The notes below the pieces were generated by a model. It had not been told where the DNA came from, did no database searches, and saw only the letters and a program-made list of their open reading frames with translations. From positions 1 to 30,571 of IMG/VR virus record IMGVR_UViG_3300032301_002006: a DNA stretch of 30,571 nt, one strand, 5' to 3'. This DNA comes from a virus. Lineage: Duplodnaviria; Caudoviricetes. Shown one piece after another: positions 1-6,673 of this stretch; positions within the stretch are counted from its first letter, which is position 1; every line of letters begins with the position of its first letter. A program made the translations under genes and the position numbers.

Positions 1-108
1 TTGGCCGCGTCAGGTCACTCCTCGAAGTTGGCCGCGTCAGGTGACTCCTCGCAGTTGGTCGCGTCAGGTCACTCCTCGAAGTTGGCCGCGTCAGGTCACT
101 ACTCGGTT
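1..108 (+). repeat. Four tandem 27-bp coding repeats (ttggccgcgtcaggtcactcctcgaag)
   Basis: Units at 1-27, 28-54, 55-81 and 82-108 with few substitutions; the array probably extends upstream of the window. Confidence 0.95.
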
Positions 109-288
109 GTGATGGCAGCATCTGAGGGATGCATTGCTAAGGCCGGGAAAGATGGGGCCATCGCTCTGCGATGGAATGAAGGGGATAAGCCGCGGATCGC
201 GGTTGCCTACGTCGGAGAAAACGGAATCAAGCCCGATACGTTCTACAAGCTGAACGCCAAGGGTGAATTTGTGGAGGCTGGGAAATGA
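1..288 (+). CDS. 5'-truncated phage protein with 9-aa (LAASGxSS[KQ]) repeats
   Basis: Frame is open from the window edge. It has four 27-nt repeats, then a C-terminus 'VAYVGENGIKPDTFYKLNAKGEFVE' typical of phage S/G/A-repeat proteins. The stop overlaps the next ATG (ATGA 285-288). Confidence 0.75.
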   Translation: MAASGHSSKLAASGDSSQLVASGHSSKLAASGHYSVVMAASEGCIAKAGKDGAIALRWNEGDKPRIAVAYVGENGIKPDTFYKLNAKGEFVEAGK

Positions 289-518
289 CTGCCGGATGTT
301 CATGCGGACCATCGAAGCGGCAGGAAGCATTTAGCGGATCAGGGGACCCGTATTGCAAGCGGTGCGGGTTCTGGATCTTTAAAGATGACGATGCCAAAAG
401 AGCTTTGAGCGGAAAGAACCTTAGTCGTGCGATGCACGTTCACGCCAAGCCGGGACGCAATGATGGGTGCCCTTGCGGTTCGGGAATCAAATTCAAGAAG
501 TGCTGCGGAAAGGCTTAA
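285..518 (+). CDS. SEC-C metal-binding motif protein
   Basis: C-terminal GRNDGCPCGSGIKFKKCCG matches the SecA C-terminal SEC-C consensus; there is also an N-terminal CxC...CxxC. Confidence 0.85.
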   Translation: MTAGCSCGPSKRQEAFSGSGDPYCKRCGFWIFKDDDAKRALSGKNLSRAMHVHAKPGRNDGCPCGSGIKFKKCCGKA

Positions 519-522
519 TACC

Positions 523-918
523 ATGAAATTCACTCCTAATAATATTCAGTCGCTTGAGATAAACGAAGTCTTTGTGTTCGGCTCAAACTCGGCCGGGCTT
601 CACCTTGGCGGGGCCGCTCGTCTAGCGCATCAAAAGTTTGGTGCGGTGTGGGGAATGGGAACCGGTCATCACGGCCAGACTTATGCTATCCCGACGATGG
701 ATGCACAGATGCAGACTCTGCCGGTTGAAGAGATCGGATTGGCGGTCGATGCCTTCCGGCAATTTGCCTCCCTCAATCCTAATCTGACATTCCTTGTGAC
801 TCAAATTGGTTGCGGAATCGCCGGTCACAAAGTGGAAGAAATCGCGCCTTTGTTTTTCGATTCTCCGTTTCTTGAGAACGTCATCCTACCAGAAGCTTTT
901 TGGGAGGTAGTAGCGTGA
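523..918 (+). CDS. Macrodomain-like phage protein (A1S_2505-like family)
   Basis: Motifs TP.NI..L...EVFVFGSN..G.H.GGAA, G..GQTYAIPT and VTQIGCGIAG. The ATG at 523 is preferred over the 427 start in the ORF track. Confidence 0.75.
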   Translation: MKFTPNNIQSLEINEVFVFGSNSAGLHLGGAARLAHQKFGAVWGMGTGHHGQTYAIPTMDAQMQTLPVEEIGLAVDAFRQFASLNPNLTFLVTQIGCGIAGHKVEEIAPLFFDSPFLENVILPEAFWEVVA

Positions 919-1523
919 ACGAACAGACTTCCTATCCGCTTTCATGGCCGATTGGCCGTCCTCGAGCGAAATACCGTGAGTCGGCTCGATTCGATACGAC
1001 GTTCGCGCAAGCCCGGGATGGTTTGGCTCTGGAACTTGACCGACTCGGCGCGAAAAAGCCGATTCTCTCAACGAATATCGAGCTCCGACTCGACGGCCAG
1101 CCTTACGCAAATCGTTCAGAACCATTTGACCCCGGCGTTGCCGTGTATTTCACGCACAAGGGCAAAGACTTCGCATTCGCCTGCGACCGGTGGAACAAAG
1201 TCCGCGACAACCTGCAGGCCATCCGAAAAACCATTGAAGCCCTTCGCGGAATCGCCCGATGGGGCACCGGTGACATGATGGAAGCCGCGTTCACTGGCTA
1301 CATGGCTCTCAACGAGAAAACAGAGGCTTCTTGTTGGGAAGTCCTCGGAATCGATCCAAATGCACTCGTGTATGTTGCAGATCCGGAGCGGTTCATCCTC
1401 ACCGCCTATCGGCAAAAAGCCATGGAAAGCCATCCGGACCGCGGCGGAAGCGTTGAGGATTTTACACGCGTCACCAAAGCCAAAGACATTGCCCTCGCGA
1501 CTCTGAAAGGCGGTGCCTCGTGA
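915..1523 (+). CDS. Phage J-domain (DnaJ-like) protein
   Basis: C-terminal WEVLG...AYRQKAMESHPDRGG with an intact HPD motif; N-terminal YPL.WP.GRPR and DPGVAVYF...FACDRW domain typical of this phage family. GTG at 915 overlaps the upstream stop (GTGA). Confidence 0.85.
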   Translation: MNEQTSYPLSWPIGRPRAKYRESARFDTTFAQARDGLALELDRLGAKKPILSTNIELRLDGQPYANRSEPFDPGVAVYFTHKGKDFAFACDRWNKVRDNLQAIRKTIEALRGIARWGTGDMMEAAFTGYMALNEKTEASCWEVLGIDPNALVYVADPERFILTAYRQKAMESHPDRGGSVEDFTRVTKAKDIALATLKGGAS

Positions 1524-2017
1524 GTGCAAAAATATCCGTCTTGGATGCTTGCTGCGGCTCTCGCATGTTCTGGTTCGACCGCAAGGACAGCCGGGCAATC
1601 TTCGTGGACAAACGCCGCGAAACGCATCTGGCGGCTGACTGCTCAATGAAGAACGGCGAGCGTGAAATCGTCGTGGATCCTGACCTTGTGGCGGATTTCA
1701 CGGATCTGCCATTCCCGAATGATCACTTCTCCCTGGTAGTCTTCGATCCGCCACACGTCCAGCGGAACGGCGACTCGAGCTGGTTGCTCAAAAAGTATGG
1801 CGTCCTCCGGGGCAACTGGCGCGAAATGCTCCGGCTTGGCTTCGCGGAATGCTTCCGAGTCTTACGTCCAGAGGGAACGCTGATCTTCAAATGGAACGAA
1901 ATCGAAGTGCCGCTTCGTGAAATCCTAGCACTCACGCCGGAAAAACCTCTCTTCGGGCACCGATCCGGAAAGCAGATGAAAACTCACTGGGTGGCGTTTC
2001 TTAAGCGCAAATCCTGA
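1520..2017 (+). CDS. Short class I SAM-dependent methyltransferase, probably DNA amino-MTase
   Basis: SAM-binding VLDACCGSRM, catalytic-like VVFDPPH, and ECFRVLRPEGTLIFKW. GTGA coupling to the upstream gene. Confidence 0.85.
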   Translation: MSAKISVLDACCGSRMFWFDRKDSRAIFVDKRRETHLAADCSMKNGEREIVVDPDLVADFTDLPFPNDHFSLVVFDPPHVQRNGDSSWLLKKYGVLRGNWREMLRLGFAECFRVLRPEGTLIFKWNEIEVPLREILALTPEKPLFGHRSGKQMKTHWVAFLKRKS

Positions 2018-2025
2018 CTGACACC
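2015..2025 (+). promoter_or_regulatory. TGACTGACACC box, copy 1
   Basis: The same 11-mer occurs at 7120, 13265 and 28455, always at gene or module boundaries. Confidence 0.45.
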
Positions 2026-2031
2026 CTGAAT

Positions 2032-2514
2032 GTGGATACTTCCCAAATCACTCACGTCAGCCTTTGTGCCGGATATGGCGGCATCGATCTCGGACTTCAC
2101 CGAGCTATCCCAAATTTGCGCACGGTCGCTTATGCGGAGATCGAAGCCTTCGCAATCGAAAATCTACTTGCGAGAATGGAAGGCGGGCAACTTGACGCGG
2201 CTCCGATCTGGCCTGATCTCAAGTCATTCCCTTGGGAAAGCTTTCGAGGAAAAGTGGACATCCTCTCTGGCGGGTATCCTTGCCAGCCATTCAGCGCAGC
2301 CGGAAAGCGACTCGGGGACGAAGACCCCCGCCACTTGTGGCCACATATCGCAAGGGGAATTTCCATTGTTCGCCCCGGAATCGTCTTCTTTGAAAACGTC
2401 GAAGGCCACATTTCTATGGGCCTCCGCGAAGTCCTTGCCGACTTGGTTAAGCTCGGATACCGCGTGGATAGCAGCAGTGAAAGTTCCAACGTGGGGAATA
2501 TTCAGCGCGAGTGA
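2032..2514 (+). CDS. C5-cytosine methyltransferase N-terminal fragment (motifs I-VII)
   Basis: GTG start; HVSLCAGYGGIDLG, DILSGGYPCQPFSAAGKR, DPRHLW, RPGIVFFENVEGH, LGY. Confidence 0.85.
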   Translation: MDTSQITHVSLCAGYGGIDLGLHRAIPNLRTVAYAEIEAFAIENLLARMEGGQLDAAPIWPDLKSFPWESFRGKVDILSGGYPCQPFSAAGKRLGDEDPRHLWPHIARGISIVRPGIVFFENVEGHISMGLREVLADLVKLGYRVDSSSESSNVGNIQRE

Positions 2515-3701
2515 AGTCGGCGCGCCTCACCAGCGAAAGCGGGTGTTCATCCTCGCAGTGGCCGACGATCAGTGTGAACGAGTCAAAGAACTCGGTCGGC
2601 GGATCGCAGGAGCACAGAAACAGCATCCCGCTCGGCACAATGGCGGCCATCGAGACTTGGAGGACTCCCGCAGCGGCGGACTGCGACCGGGGAGCTCATC
2701 CGACACCGGACACGAAAGCGGGGCATCACTCACTTGTGACTCAGGTTCAGAGTTGGAGAAGTCCAACCGTTGCCGATGTGGCGGCGGAATCGATAGATGC
2801 CAAATTGGCGAGAAACGAGCGGATCAGAGTATCGGGAAGCTCGAAGGGATGCGGATCCCCACAACTGGCTACTCAAGTTCTGAACTGGCCAACGCCGAAC
2901 ACCTGCCCGGATGCACCGAACGGGGGATTGAATCGCGGGAAGGGAGTCATCAGGGCTCGGAACAAAACTCAATGCCTTGGCCAAGCCGCCCAGGAGAGCC
3001 CCAGCACGGATGGGAGCCTCCCCGCGTCGTGGGGGACACCGCGAGTTACGACGAACGGCGGGAGCCCGAGCCCGCAATGCACCGGGAAGGGATCCAGACT
3101 GGAGGATCAGGTTGCGATGAACTGGGCGACGCCACGCAGCGGGAAAACGACGGACGAGAACCCGGAGACGTGGCAAAAGCGAGCGGATGCGGGCGACGTG
3201 GCAACGATGCCGCTGGGGGCACAGGTGAAAGCGTGGGCGACTCCGAGAGCGGAGGACAGCGAATCGTCCGGGATGCGGCACAGCCGGGGCGTAGCGGACA
3301 CCTTGACCGCTCAAACGCGGATATGTTGGCAGACTCCGAGAGCTCAGAACGCCACGGGCCCGGACAACTGCCCGAACAAACAAGGGAGTCCGAGCTTGCA
3401 GTCTCAGGTTCAACATTGGCCAACGCCGATGGGGCAAGCGCAGGGGACCACGGGCAACATCGCGGGAAACTCGGACTTCATCCGCAAGGTGGAAATGATC
3501 GAGGGGATGCGCGAGACGACCAATGGAGCAAAGCTGGGAACCGGAAAATTGAATCCCCGCTGGGTGGAAACTCTCATGGGGCTGCCGGTCGGATGGACTA
3601 TGCCGAGTTGTGCGTCTCCTGTGACAATCGCACCGATGAATTGCGGTTGCTGGGAAACGGCGTTGTTCCGGCCACGGCTGAAAAGGCATTCAAAACTTTG
3701 A
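2511..3701 (+). CDS. Alternative-frame (beta) chain of the C5 methyltransferase with tandem W-x-T-P modules and motif IX
   Basis: 396-aa ORF nested in the MTase locus, with nine W-x-[TS]-[PI] units and LNPRWVETLMGLPVGWT (motif IX-like). The frame is open from 2481. Correcting the indel would extend it back to ATG 2030. Confidence 0.75.
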   Translation: MKSARLTSESGCSSSQWPTISVNESKNSVGGSQEHRNSIPLGTMAAIETWRTPAAADCDRGAHPTPDTKAGHHSLVTQVQSWRSPTVADVAAESIDAKLARNERIRVSGSSKGCGSPQLATQVLNWPTPNTCPDAPNGGLNRGKGVIRARNKTQCLGQAAQESPSTDGSLPASWGTPRVTTNGGSPSPQCTGKGSRLEDQVAMNWATPRSGKTTDENPETWQKRADAGDVATMPLGAQVKAWATPRAEDSESSGMRHSRGVADTLTAQTRICWQTPRAQNATGPDNCPNKQGSPSLQSQVQHWPTPMGQAQGTTGNIAGNSDFIRKVEMIEGMRETTNGAKLGTGKLNPRWVETLMGLPVGWTMPSCASPVTIAPMNCGCWETALFRPRLKRHSKL

Positions 3702-3717
3702 TTTTAAGATTTACCAC

Positions 3718-6150
3718 ATGAACACACTCGACACAGTTATTTCGCTATTCGCCTCAGCTCTCGCTCAAGAACCGGATCAGGCGTTTCCACTTCGTGAATT
3801 TTTATCCGCGGTCAAAAATGGCCGCTGGGAGAGAAAGATTTCGATTTGCCGGGAACATATCCGCCGCGGTGACCGGGTTCGCTACGATCACAAGAAACGC
3901 GAGCTGCCGGCTGTCACGATCTCATGCCATTGCCTTTCGCGCGAACGGGACCTGACGACGGAAGCGAAGGCGATCACTCATTCCGGCTGGCTCCAGGCGG
4001 ATTTTGATCTCAAGGATAACCCGCTCCTCGCCGATGCCGACGCGGTGACCGCCAAGCGGGCTGCGCTAATCGCTGACCCTCACGTCGGGGCCGTCTTTGT
4101 CGGGCCGTCCGGCGAAGGGCTCAAGGCTGTGGTATCAATTGATCCCGAGCGGCACAAAGACAGTTGGTTCGCGGCTGAAGTTTATTTCCGGGAGGTTCAT
4201 GGCCTGCGGCTCGACCGGGCGACCAAGGATCCGATGCGCCTGTGCTTCGTCTCGCACGATCCGGACTTGGTAACATCTGACGAGTTTTCCCCGATCCCGG
4301 TTCCTGACGTCATGCCGTCCGAGGAATCTTGGCGTCCGCCCGTGGAAACAACGGCGGCTGACATTGCGGAAATGTTGCGTTTCATCCCAACCCGGCCGGA
4401 TTACGAAACTTGGCTGCGAATTGCTTCCGCGGTTTGGTCGGTCCTGCCAATGGAAGACGGTGCCCGGATTCTTCATCAATGGAGCCCGGAGGAAAAGGAG
4501 GGCGAATACATCAGCAAGCACAAGGCGAGACTGAAACAAGTCGGCGTTGGGACACTCGCCCACATTGCCAGCCAACACGGGTTTGACGCGCGCGCGGCCT
4601 GGAACCGGAAACGTTGGGCGGGTCGGATCAGGTTTGCCGATAGCGAGCGTGGGCCCGGGCAAGGTGAGGATCCAAACTCGGACACGTCACCGGCATGCAT
4701 CGCCACGGAAATGACCCGCGAACGGATCATGGCGGCGTTCAACTCCGGGCAGGCGGGGGATGCTCGCCTATGGTGTGAGCTTCGCCGCGGCCTGCGAGTC
4801 TGGAACATCCATGCAAAGATGTGGATGATCTACGAGGACGGGCTCTGGCGGCGAGATTCGGCGCATTCAACGCCCTGGGACATTTCGGACACGCTTTGCG
4901 AAATCTACTCCCGTATGTCAAATTCGATTCGCGAGGAAATCGCCAAGGAACCGGCACCGGATCGCAAAAAAGACCCGCGCGAAAAGGAACTGGCTGGTTT
5001 TCAATCTCGCATCGATATGCTGCGGAAGTGGGAATACATTTCGTCGGTCGAGAAGTTTGCACTGCGCGAAATCAATCTGCCGGCGACTGCCTTTGATTCC
5101 AACCAAGACATCCTCGTTGTCATCAACGGCACGCTCGACTTTGCCGAGGGGCTATTCCGAGAACACAGGTCGAGCGATAACGCCACGGTCCGATCACCGA
5201 TCGCGTTCGACCCGTCCGCCGAGTGCCCGAAATGGGAAGGGTTCCTGGCTCGATTCATTCCGGACATCGAAACCCGCGTCTATCTCGCCCGGGCGGTCGG
5301 GTATTCGCTCACCGGTCGGGTTCATGGGGACGCGCTCTTTTTTGCCTATGGCAAGGGTGCCAATGGGAAGAGCACGTTTTATGGTGTCCTCAAGATCCTC
5401 TTGGGTGACCTAATGACCACCGTCCCGATTGCTGCCCTTTTGGCGGCCAAAGCGGACAACAATTTCGATTATCACAAGGCTTCCATGGAAGGGAAACGGG
5501 TCGTTCTCACCGATGAGATCCCGGAAGGCCGGTCGCTGGCGGATTCGCAAGTCAAGGCGATAACAGGCGGGGACGCGATGAATGCCCGGCGACCGTTCGA
5601 ATCGCCCTACACGTTCATGCCCACGCACAAGCTTTGGCTGATGGGGAACCACAAGCCGGAGATCAAGGGCACTGATGAGGGGATCTGGCGCCGGGTTCAC
5701 ATGATCCCGTTTCTCGTCACGATCGCCGAGAATGAGCGCCGGCCACGTCATGAGATCCTTGCCGAATTCGAAGCCGAGGCAGCGGGTATTCTCAACTGGG
5801 CGATCCGTGGCCTGCTCGAGAGCCGCGACATCGGATTGCGTCCGCCTCCCCAGGTTGTCGAGGCCACAAAGGAATATCGCGAGGAGTCGGATCAGTTCGG
5901 CGCGTTCCTCACGGAGTGCACAGGGAAGGAAATCACGGGCCGCGTAGGGATTTCATCAATCGCCAAGTGCTACGCCATTTGGTGCGAACAAAACGGCGAA
6001 AATCCACGGTATCACGGGACTCGGAAGATTCGAAAGGTCATGGGTGAGCGCGGATGGCATATCGAACCGGACAGAAACGATCATCCGACCGTTCACGGAT
6101 TGAGACTGAAACAGGAGGAGTCACAAAATCAATTCGCTCTCAAAGGATAG
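3718..6150 (+). CDS. Primase-helicase (BT4734/VirE-N-like AEP domain, PriCT-2, D5_N, SF3 helicase, C-terminal winged helix)
   Basis: KKRELPAVT, ADFD, FVGPSGEGLK and KDPMRLCFVSHDPD (N-terminal primase-like domain); DYETWLRIASA (PriCT-2); Walker A YGKGANGKST, Walker B VVLTDE, KAITGGD, MGNHKP, DEGIWRR. Confidence 0.92.
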   Translation: MNTLDTVISLFASALAQEPDQAFPLREFLSAVKNGRWERKISICREHIRRGDRVRYDHKKRELPAVTISCHCLSRERDLTTEAKAITHSGWLQADFDLKDNPLLADADAVTAKRAALIADPHVGAVFVGPSGEGLKAVVSIDPERHKDSWFAAEVYFREVHGLRLDRATKDPMRLCFVSHDPDLVTSDEFSPIPVPDVMPSEESWRPPVETTAADIAEMLRFIPTRPDYETWLRIASAVWSVLPMEDGARILHQWSPEEKEGEYISKHKARLKQVGVGTLAHIASQHGFDARAAWNRKRWAGRIRFADSERGPGQGEDPNSDTSPACIATEMTRERIMAAFNSGQAGDARLWCELRRGLRVWNIHAKMWMIYEDGLWRRDSAHSTPWDISDTLCEIYSRMSNSIREEIAKEPAPDRKKDPREKELAGFQSRIDMLRKWEYISSVEKFALREINLPATAFDSNQDILVVINGTLDFAEGLFREHRSSDNATVRSPIAFDPSAECPKWEGFLARFIPDIETRVYLARAVGYSLTGRVHGDALFFAYGKGANGKSTFYGVLKILLGDLMTTVPIAALLAAKADNNFDYHKASMEGKRVVLTDEIPEGRSLADSQVKAITGGDAMNARRPFESPYTFMPTHKLWLMGNHKPEIKGTDEGIWRRVHMIPFLVTIAENERRPRHEILAEFEAEAAGILNWAIRGLLESRDIGLRPPPQVVEATKEYREESDQFGAFLTECTGKEITGRVGISSIAKCYAIWCEQNGENPRYHGTRKIRKVMGERGWHIEPDRNDHPTVHGLRLKQEESQNQFALKG

Positions 6151-6160
6151 GATTACTTTT

Positions 6161-6372
6161 GAACCCCGCGAATCCCGCGCGGGAAACGCGGGGTTCATTA
6201 GATAACTTATTTTTCAAATGCCTAAAAAGACTACTTTTGAACCTCAAAATGCGGGAAATGCGGGATTCAGAGACCCCTACAACCTACTTATATAAGAAAG
6301 ATTATTTATTATTCATATACTTTCCTAGGAAAGCCTACCTTCTGCGGCCCCTCAAATCCCGCATTTCCCGCA
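6161..6372. other. Putative replication origin (inverted iteron pairs around an AT-rich core)
   Basis: 36-bp near-perfect palindrome at 6161-6196; 18-bp perfect inverted repeat TGCGGGAAATGCGGGATT (6250-6267) / AATCCCGCATTTCCCGCA (6355-6372); AT-rich core at about 6285-6325; located directly after the primase-helicase. Confidence 0.7.
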
Positions 6373-6382
6373 AAACACAATT

Positions 6383-6667
6383 ATGAAATCAAAATCAGAA
6401 ATCGCACTACAAGCTGACATATACCGACTCCAACTGCAAAACCTTCGCCAATTCCTTGCTGAATCTTTGACTGAATCCGCTGGCGAGCAAATCTTGCTGA
6501 AAGACCTCGAGCGGAACCTGCAAGCATGGGCAACGCAAAACGCGAAGGCGGTCATATCTGGCGTCCATCCACTTCGCCGCCACATGCAGGCGTGGGGATA
6601 CACGGTTAAGCCAGATGATATTTCATGGAAGCCGCTCTTATGCGGGTATTTCCTCAAACCGGAATAA
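6383..6667 (+). CDS. Stand-alone winged-helix protein paralogous to the primase C-terminal domain (Cnr-like candidate)
   Basis: Shares YR-x8-FL-x-E-x21-W-xx-QN...G...R..M...G....PD...P...G..LK.E with the primase C-terminus (5875-6120). Confidence 0.7.
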   Translation: MKSKSEIALQADIYRLQLQNLRQFLAESLTESAGEQILLKDLERNLQAWATQNAKAVISGVHPLRRHMQAWGYTVKPDDISWKPLLCGYFLKPE

Positions 6668-6673
6668 CCCCTC

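Larger units (their letters stand above)
2032..3721 (+). pseudogene. C5-cytosine DNA methyltransferase catalytic (alpha) chain, interrupted by a +1 frameshift at about 2481-2486
   Basis: 2032-2514 holds motif I (SLCAGYGG), motif IV (GGYPCQPFS) and motif VI (FFENVEG). Motif VIII (GAPHQRKRVFIL) and motif X (ELRLLGNGVVP) continue in the frame of ORF 2030-3721, whose stop overlaps the primase ATG. It could be a sequencing indel, a true pseudogene or a split enzyme. Confidence 0.8.

Noticed and set aside
1-108. 27-bp repeats as a CRISPR array
   Set aside because: The units are contiguous without spacers, in frame and protein-coding.
2730-3689. 319-aa minus-strand ORF within the MTase locus
   Set aside because: R/P-rich with no motifs; expected in GC-rich, doubly coding DNA.
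2030-3721. 563-aa ORF as one natural protein
   Set aside because: Its first roughly 150 aa are the alternative frame of MTase motifs I-VII, so it is treated as a chimera produced by the frameshift.
6054-6386. 110-aa ORF across the putative origin
   Set aside because: It overlaps the primase end and its sequence reflects the iterons and AT-rich core; it is probably non-coding, although the stop does overlap the next ATG.
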